A stretch of DNA of 64,000 nt from Candidatus Moraniibacteriota bacterium (lineage in GTDB: Bacteria > Patescibacteriota > Minisyncoccia > Moranbacterales > UBA1568). Positions 1-10,001 of the stretch are shown here, in pieces. The notes beneath the pieces were generated by a model that saw only the letters and a program-made list of their open reading frames with translations, had not been told where the DNA came from and ran no database searches. The position numbers and the translations under genes are program-made. Location: the NCBI GenBank assembly GCA_016699975.1, contig CP064994.1, forward strand, positions 1,222 to 65,221. The letters are read 5' to 3'. Numbering within the stretch: position 1 is the first letter of the stretch; every line of letters begins with the position of its first letter.

Positions 1-1061
1 AGGTCTCCCATATCTTCTTTGCCAAGATCCTCTGCCTTATCCTTCCCGTCAAAGTTCTTCCCTTTGGAAATCCAACATCGATTCTCAAAGGTTCCTCCTG
101 CTTTCTTCTGTCCATAGTTTTTTATATTCATATGGCAGTATCCATTCTTATTAACACGGAGAGAGGAAACTGGATTTTTATTTGCGTCAAGAAGTGATAC
201 TTCCCTCATGGTAAGGTTGGGAAGTTTTCCTGAGTGACTAGATTCAGATACAGGAGATTGTCCAGATGGCTCAAGATTATCACCTACAGTATATTGAGAA
301 GGCTGATCGCCAATGTAAGTAACATAACCACTCCCTTTTCCCCCACTTTCTGGGCATGATAAGGAAGAAAGTGTATAGAAATTATTAGCCTGTTGATCAA
401 AGTAATACCATTTTACAGCGTGTTCACATGCGGCGCTGTATTGACTATGAATCCAACAGAATGGCCCATACCCGCCTGGAAGATTTCGTGCGTTTGTCAC
501 GCAAGTTGCATTTGGTTTTTCGCCATCAATTTTTTCTTCAAAATGAAGGAAGTTATGCGGGTATTCAGATGTACTAGGGGTAAGAGTACGAATTCCGTAT
601 GCTCCTTTAGTTTTATAGTTATATTCAGCAACTTCAATTGAAGAAAGATCGCCATTGCCATGCACATTTATTTTGTATACATAGGCAACATGGCCAGAGC
701 TTGATGCCCCACTGCCAGCGTTCCAGTGCGCTACACTGCCAACAGCCGGATACAGATCTACTCGAATTCCCGCTTTCCCGGCTCTATCAGTATCGTCCCA
801 AAAATGAGCATCGCTCCATTTATCAACTTGTCCGTACCAATTCGAGAAATTAACTCTATTAAGATTCAGTCGATATGCAACGTATGATGTACAATTACAA
901 GCAGCAAAGCCCCGAGCATCTGTTTTATTAATGACATCAGGACAAGTTCCAACTACCCCTTTTAGCAATTCGTACCCCTTATCCAACTCAATTGCAAGAA
1001 TGAATTCAACGTTCGCAAAATAGATAAAAAATCCTAGAAAAATCCTAGAAAAGCCTCTCAT
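1..1061 (-). CDS. CHAP-domain protein (putative secreted peptidoglycan amidase/endopeptidase); partial, 3' end beyond window start
   Basis: Not in ORF track (no in-window stop). Manual minus-strand translation from the ATG at ~1059-1061 stays open to position 1: MRGFSRIFLGFFIYFANVEFILAI (hydrophobic N-terminus) ... TDARGFAACNCTSYVAYRLN ... WNAGSGASSSGHVAYVYKI. This is a Cys/His pair with CHAP-like spacing. Region is AT-rich relative to the rest of the window. Confidence 0.5.
   Translation of the reverse strand, partial: MRGFSRIFLGFFIYFANVEFILAIELDKGYELLKGVVGTCPDVINKTDARGFAACNCTSYVAYRLNLNRVNFSNWYGQVDKWSDAHFWDDTDRAGKAGIRVDLYPAVGSVAHWNAGSGASSSGHVAYVYKINVHGNGDLSSIEVAEYNYKTKGAYGIRTLTPSTSEYPHNFLHFEEKIDGEKPNATCVTNARNLPGGYGPFCWIHSQYSAACEHAVKWYYFDQQANNFYTLSSLSCPESGGKGSGYVTYIGDQPSQYTVGDNLEPSGQSPVSESSHSGKLPNLTMREVSLLDANKNPVSSLRVNKNGYCHMNIKNYGQKKAGGTFENRCWISKGKNFDGKDKAEDLGKEDMGD
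1030..1051. repeat. perfect 11-bp tandem duplication (aatcctagaaa x2) inside the 5' end of the CHAP ORF
   Basis: Read directly from the sequence; codes ...SRIFLGFF... on the minus strand. 11 bp is not a multiple of 3, so a recent duplication would have reset the N-terminal frame. Confidence 0.8.
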
Positions 1062-1110
1062 TATTACTCTCCTTCGAATTAGTCGAACTGGATTTTCTTG
1101 CGCCAAAAAT

Positions 1111-1782
1111 TTAAAACTCCAACGTTTCCAATACTTTCCTTGCGATGTCTACTTCGGGACTGTTCCTGAAACTCGCATTTTTATCGCGTAAATATTTATC
1201 ATCTGACTGACCACAGTTAAAGCCTGCTGCAATCCCTATTTCGCGATTATTTTTCTCAATACACGACGAGAGATGGCTCTTCTCTTTAGAATCAATTTCA
1301 CTATACCCTACTTTAATGCTTTTAGATGCTGTCTTGATAATTTCTGTGTTTTTCAACTGCTTTTTTGGGTCACAATTCCAAATCGGAGTTTTGCTTTTTT
1401 CATATCCTCGAAACTCTATACAGAAGTACCCTTCTTCTCTTTCTTTCCGAGAAAAAATTTGCACGATTTCTATTTTTCCTGACCTACCGTACTCGTCCTC
1501 TATCTGTCTATAATTCCAGTTTTCTGGATAAAAGAAACTTATATCACTTGTTCCCATGTGCGCTTTCTTCCACCCTTCAGGAGGTTTGAGGTTTTTTGGG
1601 ATTTCATTTTCTTGGATGATATTTTCAGATGTGTCAGTTTTCTTTTCTGAAGATTCTGTCCCTGTCATCTCTTGCAAAACGGCTGTCTTCTTTCTGTATT
1701 CATATTGCAAAAAAGTAGTAATCAGTATTCCTCCGGTTATGAGAAGAGCAAACGAAATGATGGCAATTTTTGTTGGTTTCAT
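1111..1782 (-). CDS. hypothetical signal-anchored (N-terminal TM) protein, copy 1 of a two-member module family
   Basis: ORF 223 aa. MKPTKIAIISFALLITGGILITTFLQYEYRKK is a single N-terminal hydrophobic helix, followed by a hydrophilic body. The N-terminus and upstream promoter are ~75-80% nt identical to the gene at 26254..27104. Confidence 0.5.
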   Translation of the reverse strand: MKPTKIAIISFALLITGGILITTFLQYEYRKKTAVLQEMTGTESSEKKTDTSENIIQENEIPKNLKPPEGWKKAHMGTSDISFFYPENWNYRQIEDEYGRSGKIEIVQIFSRKEREEGYFCIEFRGYEKSKTPIWNCDPKKQLKNTEIIKTASKSIKVGYSEIDSKEKSHLSSCIEKNNREIGIAAGFNCGQSDDKYLRDKNASFRNSPEVDIARKVLETLEF

Positions 1783-1810
1783 ACCTCGTGTGAAAAATTA
1801 AACGCTGTTT

Positions 1811-1852
1811 TCATGTTTATCATACGTCCCTTGTTACACTTTTGTAAACAAG
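1811..1852 (-). promoter_or_regulatory. sigma70-like promoter candidate (minus strand: TTTACA ... TATGAT) upstream of 1782 start; block conserved upstream of 27104
   Basis: Plus strand gtttatcatacgtc...tgtaaacaag. The reverse complement gives TTTACA (-35) and TATGAT (-10) with a ~18-19 nt spacer. The same TTTAT[C/G]ATACGTC and TGTAAACAA blocks recur at 27140-27172. Confidence 0.3.
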
Positions 1853-2219
1853 TTTGTATCCATAGTTGTCACCCTTCTCTTGCTCTTCCCTCCTCCCAGA
1901 AATATCATGCGATGTTTCCTTGAGAATCCGCATGACACAGAAACGCAAAAAACTGAATTCATACAATTTTTCTCCCGTTCGGGAAGAGAGACGAACGAGC
2001 GTGAGCGCCCGTTTTTCGGGAGAGCTCGCCGAAGTCTGGGAAGAGCTTCTTGCCGACCTTGCCCCCTTGAGCGCCTCCGACATCCTCAAGGAATGCGTTC
2101 GAGTTCGAGGATTTCTACTCGAACTTCAACGAAGGCAGGTAAACGGTGAGAAAGCCTATGCTCCTCGGCTACGCTCGCGTTTCGAAGAAAGACACCCAAG
2201 ATGTCGCCGCTCAGGTCGA

Positions 2220-3350
2220 TTACTTTTTCTTTTTCGTTTGTTTCTCTTCTTTCGATTTCTTTTCGGAATCCTGCTCACTCGTACTCTCGGAATCCTTTTG
2301 TTCTTCACCCTTCAACATGTAGAAAATTTTCTTCTCCGTTCGAAGGTCGACATAGTCGAGCCTGGAGCGATCTTCGGGGGAAAGAGTTTTCGAAAAAAAG
2401 AGTCGAAGCGCAAGCAGAGATTTTTCAAGCGGAATATCCGCACTCAAAAGAAGCTGCCAGCCTTCAGTGGTACGAAAACGCATTTCGTTCGACAGTCTCG
2501 AGGGAGTTTCCACCACTTTTTCAGTTTCGATGCCGAGCGCTTCGCGAAGCTGACTCGCCGCTTCGGGAAACTCCCGAGCAAAAGATTCCGAGACGCTCCG
2601 ACTTCCTCGAACGATTGCCTTCCCCGATGTATCAAGAAGAACGGAAACTGCCGATTCTCCGGAAGAAGAAAGGGGGGGCGCCGAGTCAAATGCCTCGCCT
2701 CGCTCGTCAATCCGGAAACAGGGTCCCCCGGAACACAAAAGAAAACGTTGCTCTCGCTCGCCAAAAAGGAGCTCGATCGTCTCCGGAAAAACAATCGAGA
2801 GTTTGGCTTCCCGAAAAATCGGGAAGTCTGCTTCGAGCGTGCGAAGAATTTCCCGTCGACGAAGAAAGACGAGTGGCAACGAATTGCGAGGAAAGAGACC
2901 TGCGAATTTTCCCTCAAGAAGCAATCGAGCTCGATTTTCTACCGCTTCTTTGGAGACCGTATGCGTGCCTATGATACGGTATTCCTTTACTCGCAAAAGC
3001 GGAGAAAAAAACGCGACAAAAAATGCTGCGACAAAAAATGCTGCCCACAAAAAAGCATACCACCAGGCCCACACCACAGAAGCCGCCGGAAAGGAAGGCG
3101 ACGAACTTTCTTCTCGGGGCCGCTTCTGCACCGTTCGACTTCGACGAGGACGCAGCAAGACGTCGGGCGATGAGCGTTTCGTTCGTTTGGAAAAGAAAGC
3201 CATATCAACGAAAAAAGAGGGTGAACAAAAAAGTTCGTACACCACGATCGTCCCGACGCCTCCCCGCCCAATCGTCGACATTCCCTCTCGAGAAAGAAGA
3301 GTGTATGAGAATGCTCGGGGTTTAGGTGAAACGACGAAAAGGACGCGCAA
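2220..3350 (-). CDS. hypothetical membrane protein (one TM helix, K/E-rich C-terminal tail), co-oriented immediately downstream of holB
   Basis: ORF 376 aa with hydrophobic stretch AASVVWAWWYAFLWAAFFVAAFFVAFF and non-repetitive globular-looking C-terminal half. It overlaps the holB stop by ~29 nt; the real start may be an internal Met (aa 24). Preferred over the antisense 1866..3173 ORF, which is R/K/C-rich low complexity. Confidence 0.4.
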   Translation of the reverse strand: MRVLFVVSPKPRAFSYTLLSREGMSTIGRGGVGTIVVYELFCSPSFFVDMAFFSKRTKRSSPDVLLRPRRSRTVQKRPREESSSPSFPAASVVWAWWYAFLWAAFFVAAFFVAFFSPLLRVKEYRIIGTHTVSKEAVENRARLLLEGKFAGLFPRNSLPLVFLRRREILRTLEADFPIFREAKLSIVFPETIELLFGEREQRFLLCSGGPCFRIDERGEAFDSAPPLSSSGESAVSVLLDTSGKAIVRGSRSVSESFAREFPEAASQLREALGIETEKVVETPSRLSNEMRFRTTEGWQLLLSADIPLEKSLLALRLFFSKTLSPEDRSRLDYVDLRTEKKIFYMLKGEEQKDSESTSEQDSEKKSKEEKQTKKKK

Positions 3351-4284
3351 GGAGCAAAGACGCGCTTCGTTTAAAAAAGAAAAGCGTTTCGAGCGTCAGA
3401 CGAACGCTTCCCGGAAATCGACGCATGTCCCGAAGAGTCGACGAAACACTCTCGAGCCGCTTAAGCAGAAAACCCCGCGACAAAACGTCCTCTGAGACAA
3501 CACTCGACTGAAGAGATCCAATCCACCACGAGAGCAGTCGCTCCGCAAGGAGACTGTCCGACGCGAGCATCTGCGCAAGTTGCGCTCGTTCTTGAAACGA
3601 GAGCGAATCGAAACGAAGCAGTTGCTCCAAAAGATTTTTCTCGCGTTCATATTTTTCAGGATTATCCCGAAACAGAACCGCGATTCCAGGGCGGCCCGTT
3701 GCCAGAAAACACGCAGGCGTCTCGGGAAGGAATTGCCGAATGCGACTGTTGGGAACGAGTGAAAATGAAACTCGCTCGGTTCGCGACCGAAGCGTTGGGA
3801 GGATGGCGCCTTCTTCCTGTGCTATCAAAAATATCACCGTTTCGGGATACGGCTCCTCAAGCGTTTTGAGGAGAGCATTCTGCGCACTTTCGGTCAGGCG
3901 GTCAGCACGATCGATGATGAGAACACGACGATTCCCTCTTGAAACCGAGAGCGTGATCGTTCGAATCGCTTCGCGCACGCGCTCAACTCCGATTGGCACC
4001 TCTCGCACTCTTCCCTTTTCTTCCACAACTTCCGGGGAGAGGAGAGTAAGAGACGCAGCATGAGGAGAGTCGCCCAGAAAACGCTTTGCGCATTCGAGCG
4101 CTACCAGTCGCTTCCCCACTCCTTCGGGACCCAAAAACAAAAACGCATGCGAAGCAGCGTGGCGCTCGAACGCACGAAAAAGTCGTTTGCAAATCGCTTC
4201 GTGTCCGATAATCATTGGGGAAGAGAAAGAAAAAAATTGCCAAAAAATTTTTTCAAGAAGACGCCAGATGCCATTCGACTCCAA
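3322..4284 (-). CDS. holB: DNA polymerase III delta' subunit
   Basis: GHEAI..., HAFLFLGPEGVGK (Walker A), ALLKTLEEP and TLRSR motifs typical of HolB. Start may be the internal MIIGHE (~4215). Confidence 0.75.
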   Translation of the reverse strand: MESNGIWRLLEKIFWQFFSFSSPMIIGHEAICKRLFRAFERHAASHAFLFLGPEGVGKRLVALECAKRFLGDSPHAASLTLLSPEVVEEKGRVREVPIGVERVREAIRTITLSVSRGNRRVLIIDRADRLTESAQNALLKTLEEPYPETVIFLIAQEEGAILPTLRSRTERVSFSLVPNSRIRQFLPETPACFLATGRPGIAVLFRDNPEKYEREKNLLEQLLRFDSLSFQERAQLAQMLASDSLLAERLLSWWIGSLQSSVVSEDVLSRGFLLKRLESVSSTLRDMRRFPGSVRLTLETLFFFKRSASLLLARPFRRFT

Positions 4285-4293
4285 ATCGTTGTC

Positions 4294-5503
4294 TTAGGGG
4301 GCGAGGCCCATCACCTCCCGGACCGCGGTTCGCATCGATTCATGAAATGTTGCTTCTGAAAATCGGGACGCTTTTATGCGGATCATTTCACGATCGAAGG
4401 TTGGTTCTTGCTTGAGGTACTCTCTCACCGCACGAAGAACGGCGTCTTCAGTTGGCTCCGAAAAAAATATTCCTGAGACACCCTCTTCTACAATTTCTCG
4501 CGCGCCGCCCGCCGACAGGGTAATGACGGGGAGTCCCGCATAACTCGCTTCCCGCAAGTGCGAGTCCGAAATCTTCCTCACCCGCGAAAACAAACGCGCG
4601 AGCGCTGCTATACAAAGTCCCAAGTTTCTCGTCGCTCACGTCTCCCGCAAACAAAACGGTAGGGCCGGCATGGTGCTTAAGGCGCGCGTGCTCGCGCCCC
4701 GTCCCCACGACGACAAGCGGGAGCTCGAGCTTCGTAAACGCGGAGACGAGCGCTTCGGTGTGTTTGTATTTCGAGAGACGCGCCACCGTGAGAAAGGGTC
4801 GATCTTCCAAAAAATGAGCCGGCTCCTCTTGCGAAAGAAACGGACGGACGGGTGGAAAAACAACGCGCGGTGTCCGACGGTAATACTTTTCGATGCGCTG
4901 CGCAGTATAGTGCGAGTTCGCAAGCAGCATATCCGGGCGAAGCGACGCTTCCTTGTCCCACATCCGAAGGTACGATAAGAGCGTGCGTTTCAAGAAATGA
5001 AATCCGCCACTCTCCACGAGGTAACGTTCGTTTTCGTCCCATACGAAGCGCATCGGGGAATGGAGGTACGCGATATGCTTTGTATAAAGCCGGGTCACAA
5101 TTCCCTTCATCCATGCGCCCGACGACGAAAGCACAAGATCAAAGTCGCGAAGATCGATCGCCTCGGCCGCCGTTGGATAGAGCGGCAATAGCAAGCGGTG
5201 ACGCCTCCGGACAAATCCCGGCCATGAGCCCAGAAAAGATGTTCGCACCTCGCGGTCCCGAAACATCCCCTTCATTCCCTCCGGATCAAAAAGGAGCGTG
5301 TAAATCGGCGCTTCGGGAAAAAGGTCTGCGAGCGATCGCAGAACACGCTCCGCGCCGCCCCGGTAGAGCAGAAAATCGTGAACAAGGGCCACGCGTCCTG
5401 AGAAGGCCGGAGGAGAAACAGGAACGTGTGAAGTAGTATCTTGACGCTCAGACATATTCATGCTATACAGGGAAGTCCCAATCCGCGGACGTTTCTTTAA
5501 CAA
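4294..5503 (-). CDS. GT4-family (GT-B, family 1 Pfam) glycosyltransferase, interrupted by one apparent frameshift (ORFs 4448..5503 + 4294..4623)
   Basis: N-terminal ORF ends ...FAGEEDFGLA and then goes out of frame. The C-terminal ORF carries AGLPVITLSAGGAREIVEEGVSG. Joined, they reconstitute the EX7E / GLPVI...GG..E.V motif region of retaining GT4 enzymes. Shift is near ~4575-4600. Confidence 0.65.
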
Positions 5504-5514
5504 AAGGAAAGTAG

Positions 5515-5724
5515 ATGCAACAATCCATCACGTTCCTACAGCTTCTCAATATCTTTCTTCTAGTTGGACTTCTTTTTTCAGTAATATCCTTTGTAAAAAT
5601 TGGCTCGACTCTGAAGGAGATAGAAAAGATAGAGGCACCCGATCAATCGTCAAAGAAAGTACAAGAAGATGCCTCTGAATTAGTCAAAAAAAGTGCGTAT
5701 TTTTTACTGTTCATAATCCTTTGA
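5515..5724 (+). CDS. small hypothetical membrane protein (69 aa)
   Basis: ATG preceded by aaggaaag (SD-like). Hydrophobic core LLNIFLLVGLLFSVISFV. Sits in an intergenic gap between two minus-strand GT genes. Could be spurious. Confidence 0.3.
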   Translation: MQQSITFLQLLNIFLLVGLLFSVISFVKIGSTLKEIEKIEAPDQSSKKVQEDASELVKKSAYFLLFIIL

Positions 5725-5818
5725 CTTCTTTCCGGCATTGTCTGCTCCATGATTTATCAGACATTTATCGGACAATGATTTAGTATTCGCATCGCCAGAA
5801 TTTTTTCTTCCCCCTCCA

Positions 5819-7023
5819 TCACAAAGTGATGCAGGGAATTTTATTTTTGCAAAGAACCTGAGCCACAAGCTCTGCACATCGTTTCCACCCAAACCGAGCC
5901 GCATTCGCTCGGCCTCGTTCGATTATACCACCCCGAAACATGGGATCCAAGGCAAGGCGCTCCATTCCTTGCGCAATACTCTCAACATCGAGCGGATCCG
6001 CAAGCACGGCCCCGTCTCCCGCCACTTCCCGGAGAGCGGGGATATCCGATATGAGTGCTGGGACACCGAGCGCTCCCGCTTCGAGTACGGGAAGCCCAAA
6101 TCCTTCCGCGAGAGACGGAAACAAAAACGCGTCAGCATTTTGAAGGAGAGTCCATTTTTTTTCCTCGCTCACGTATCCAAGCTCAATGATATCCGAGCTG
6201 TCGGCCACTCCTTTTCGTACTGCCACAATATCGGCGTACCCGTATCCTGGTTTCCCCGCGAGGAGAAGTTGGTGTTTCGTGCCACAGCGCTTTTTGAAAA
6301 GTCGAAACGCGTGAATCATGCGAACAATATTCTTCCGCCTCTCAAGTCGTCCTACGAACAAAAAGTAGGGCCTTGTCTCAGAAGACGAATATCCCTCGCT
6401 CGTCACCACAGGATCCTGTAGCGTGACATCGTGCGTGATAAAGTCATGTCGGGCAACTCCCGGAGTGTTCACTCCCTCGTGAACCACATGAATTTTTGTT
6501 TCTGGCACCCGGTAGAGCCGGACCACATCGCGCTTTGTACTCTCGGAGACCGCGATGAGAGTCGACGCCCACTGACACGAGCGGCGCACGAAAAATCGCA
6601 TCATCTGTCGCGAGAGTTCCGGGTACGCCTCCGGACACGTTTCGAACTCGAGGCCGTGAATCACCACCACGGTACGGGCGGGATGAATCCATGGCACAGT
6701 ATGCGCCGGTACCAACAACACGTCCGGCGGATCAAGAGCATCGTAAGCGCGAGACCCCCCTGTGTCCACGCACCCGGCCACCCCAGTTCGCACACCTCCC
6801 ACCGAGGAGGCAAGACAAACGGCTCCGCTCCGGATAAAACTGATCCTCCTTCTGTGGATGATTGACCCTCGCGTTGCACCCCATCATTCCACCTTTCTTC
6901 ACATACAAATGACTCGTTCATTCGCAAGCTCTTCGCGAAGGGCGTCGATGAGTCGTCGCGAATACATTTCTATACCCGTTGGGTTTGGAAGGAATGCTCG
7001 AGATGCGTCGATGCCAATAATCA
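5819..7023 (-). CDS. GT4-family glycosyltransferase, interrupted by one apparent frameshift (ORFs 5819..6802 and C-terminal part of 6899..7225)
   Basis: 6899..7225 ORF ends ...RVIIGIDASRAFLPNPTGIEMYSRRLIDALREELA, a canonical GT4 N-terminus; a GTG at ~7023 gives MIIGIDA. 5819..6802 carries EGFGLPVLEAGALGVPALISD. The in-frame upstream Met at 7225 overlaps mreB and is unlikely to be the real start. Confidence 0.6.
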
Positions 7024-7122
7024 CACGCGAAAAGTAACGAGAATAAAGCCGCGACTGAGTCGAGCGGAGGAGGAGAGGCTTCCCGGCATTTTTGCAAGAG
7101 TAATTCCGGCAGCCGCTCTTCT

Positions 7123-8148
7123 TTATTTCCCCATCATGATACTCCGCTTGTAGATGTCGAGATGCTCGAGAACAATGCCTGTTCCCTTCGCGACACAAAA
7201 AGCTGGGTCGTCCGCTACATAACACGGCACGCCAATGGTCCGCGCGATTAATTGATCAAGATTTTTGAGTTGCGCCGTTCCGCCCGAGAGAATCATTCCT
7301 TTGTCCATCACATCCGCAGCAAGCTCGGGCGGCGTTTCTTGAAGCACATGCTTGATGACGTTGATGATTTCGCGCAGCTCGTCCTGAATCGCTTCGGTAA
7401 TTTCATTGGACGATACTGTGAGCGTCTTCGGAAGTCCGCCCATTAAATCGCGCCCTCGAATATCGAGATATTCTTCCTTCACGAGCTGAATAGCTGAGCC
7501 GATTTTCATTTTCACTTCTTCCGCTGTTCGTTCGCCGATCGCCATACTGTATTTGCGCTTGATGTAATCGGAAATAGCCTGATCGATTCGATTGCCACCG
7601 ACGCGCGCGCTGTGCGCCGCCACAATTCCACCAAGAGAAATGATCGCGATCTCCGAGGTTCCGCCTCCAAGATTGATAATCATATTTCCCTGCGCGGTAT
7701 GAATCGGGATGCCCGCGCCGATCGCTGCAAGAATCGGTTCTTTGACCACATAGACCGCACGCGCGCCCGCCTTGATAGCCGCATCGACAACCGCACGCCG
7801 CTCGGTCGAAGTCACGCCCGCCGGAATGGAAAGGACAACTTCAGGACGAAAAAATCGCACTCGTCCTGAGACGAGCCCGATAAAATAGCGGAGCATCGCT
7901 TCCGTAATCCGATAGTCGGCGATCGCGCCGTCTTTGAGGGGTTGGGAGGCGACAATGGTGTCCGGCGTTCGCCCGAGCATTTCTTTTGCTTCGTTGCCAA
8001 CCGCAAGCACCTTGTTCTCCCCGATTGAGACCGCGACAACCGAAGGCTCATTCACGACGATACCCCGACCCGGCACAAAGACGAGCGTATTGGCTGTTCC
8101 TAAATCGATACCGATTTTTTTGACGAACATGGAAAAAATAAAAAGCAA
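7123..8148 (-). CDS. mreB: rod shape-determining actin homologue MreB
   Basis: IGIDLGTANTLVFVPGRGIVVNEPSVVAV..., full-length 341 aa, actin-fold phosphate-binding motifs present. Alternative start at Met7. Confidence 0.85.
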   Translation of the reverse strand: MLFIFSMFVKKIGIDLGTANTLVFVPGRGIVVNEPSVVAVSIGENKVLAVGNEAKEMLGRTPDTIVASQPLKDGAIADYRITEAMLRYFIGLVSGRVRFFRPEVVLSIPAGVTSTERRAVVDAAIKAGARAVYVVKEPILAAIGAGIPIHTAQGNMIINLGGGTSEIAIISLGGIVAAHSARVGGNRIDQAISDYIKRKYSMAIGERTAEEVKMKIGSAIQLVKEEYLDIRGRDLMGGLPKTLTVSSNEITEAIQDELREIINVIKHVLQETPPELAADVMDKGMILSGGTAQLKNLDQLIARTIGVPCYVADDPAFCVAKGTGIVLEHLDIYKRSIMMGK

Positions 8149-8394
8149 AAAGTATGATTCTCTTTTCCCTGAGAGCTCCCTGAGGGAACAAAAAAATACA
8201 AGAACGAGAAATTACGAAAAATGATAAGAGGCGCTCGAAAAATTTCTCTCTGCACGAAAAACGTAAAGGAATGCGTGATGTCGAGGAGTGAAGTCGCGGA
8301 TTGGCGGGAGATACAAGAAAAAAGAGCCATCTCCCCTTCTCTCAGAAAGAACCTCCTCCCCCTCCAATTCCTTTCGCACCAAAGGAAAGAAATT

Positions 8395-10001
8395 TTACGA
8401 CTGTTTTTCCATGCGGACAATCTGCGCGCCTATTTTTTGAAGACGCTTCTCGATAGACTCGTAGCCGCGATCGACCTGATAGATATCCTCGATCGTGGTA
8501 ACGCCTTGAGCTGCGAGAGCCGCGATAATGAGCGAGGCTCCAGCACGAAGATCGAAGCTCTTAATCGTGGTCCCGCGAAGAGGGGCCGGGCCATGGATCA
8601 CGGCTTGATGAGGATTGAGCACGGTTGCCCGAACGCGCATTTTTTCGAATTCGGAAATGTAATTGAAACGACCTTCGTAAAAGTGTTCGTGAATGAGCGT
8701 TTCACCTTCCGCACGCGTCGCAAGAACTGCAAAGAGAGAGAGCGCATCGGTCGGGATACCGGGATACAATTCTGATTTCACTTTTCCCGGGGAGATGAGT
8801 TTTCTGGCAGGAAGCACGGTTATACGATCCGACTCAATCCGAAAGTCGACTCCGAAATCTCGCATTTTGGAGAGCACTGCCTCAAGGTGCTCCTCGCGTG
8901 CGCCCGATACGGTAAGCGTGCTTCCCGTCACCGCCCCAGAATGAGGAAAGTGGTCGCCTCTATCGGATCGGCAATAACCGTGTGTTGTGCTCCATGGAGG
9001 ACACCGCCTTCGATAGTGAGCGTATGCGAACCGAGTCCCGTGATACGCGCACCCATCGCTTTCAAAAAATTTCCCAGATCTTCGACGTGCGGCTCTCCCG
9101 CGGCAAGGAGAAGCGTTGTCTTTCCTGGAAGAGACGCGGCAAGCATGAGGGCATCCTCGGTTGAAGTGACTGAAAATTCCCGTTGCACCACTTTCCCCGC
9201 TCGACGATCACTCGCATCTACTTCGTAGTGTTTTTCATGTTTCGTGATGCGAATGCCGAGCTGTTCCAGAGCATTCACGTGCGTTTCTATAGAACGCGCA
9301 CCGATCGCACATCCGCCGGGATGGCCGAGAACAAATCGCTCGCACCGAGCAGAAAGCGCCCCAAACAGGAGAACCGACATGCGAACTCGTCGTGTTTCAT
9401 CGAGAGAGAGGCGCTCGGGCGAGAGCGTCTTCGCCTCTATACGGAGAGTTCGTTCATTGAGCCACGTTACTTCGGCACCAAGACTCTTTATAATTTCGAG
9501 GAGACGAAATACATCCTCTATCCGAGGCACGTTGTGAAGAACACACGGCTCCTCTGTAAGAAGAGTCGCGACGATAAGAGGGGCGGCGGCGTTCTTCGAG
9601 CCGCGCACTTCAATTTCTCCCGAGAGAGTTTTTCCGCCTTCAATGCGAAATATCGATTCGCTCATGAGCCGAGTATAGACAAGAAACCCCTTTCTTTCAA
9701 GGAGAGGACGCCCCTTCCTCCCCCGTAAAAACTTCCGAGAAAAACTGTCTCGAGAAACATTTCTGAGGAGAGTCTTAGGAGAGAAATGATTTTCTGTGGC
9801 GTTTCCGATGAAAGGAAATTGCGAATCGATGCGCCTCAGCATTCGCAAGAAGCATCGATTTCCCGAAACGCTCCTTTTCTTCGCCGCCCAAAATTTCTTT
9901 CGGTTTGTGATGCGCATCTTTGAGAACCGAAAAAACAGGAATCGAGAGATCCCGATCGCGAAGAATTGCTTCCGCAACATGACGCTGCACATCCGATCCA
10001 T
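8395..10001 (-). CDS. murA: UDP-N-acetylglucosamine 1-carboxyvinyltransferase, split by a single-base frameshift (ORFs 8928..10001 + 8395..8931)
   Basis: N-terminal part ...GSKNAAAPLIVATLL...; C-terminal part ...TVSGAREEHLEAVLSKMRDFG...IPTD.... At the junction the sequence ctggggcggtg reads FLILGR* in one frame and AVTGSTL in the next. Inserting one extra g restores FLILGAVTGSTLTVSG. Confidence 0.85.

Noticed and set aside
1866-3173. 435-aa plus-strand ORF antisense to holB-downstream gene
   Set aside because: R/K/C-rich low-complexity translation (RRKGRRR, KKCCDKKCC) with no domain. The minus-strand frame encodes a coherent membrane protein directly coupled to holB.
8149-8394. Apparent hairpin tccctgagagctccctgaggga upstream of mreB
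   Set aside because: Arms are not properly complementary beyond 4 bp. Treated as ordinary promoter-region sequence.
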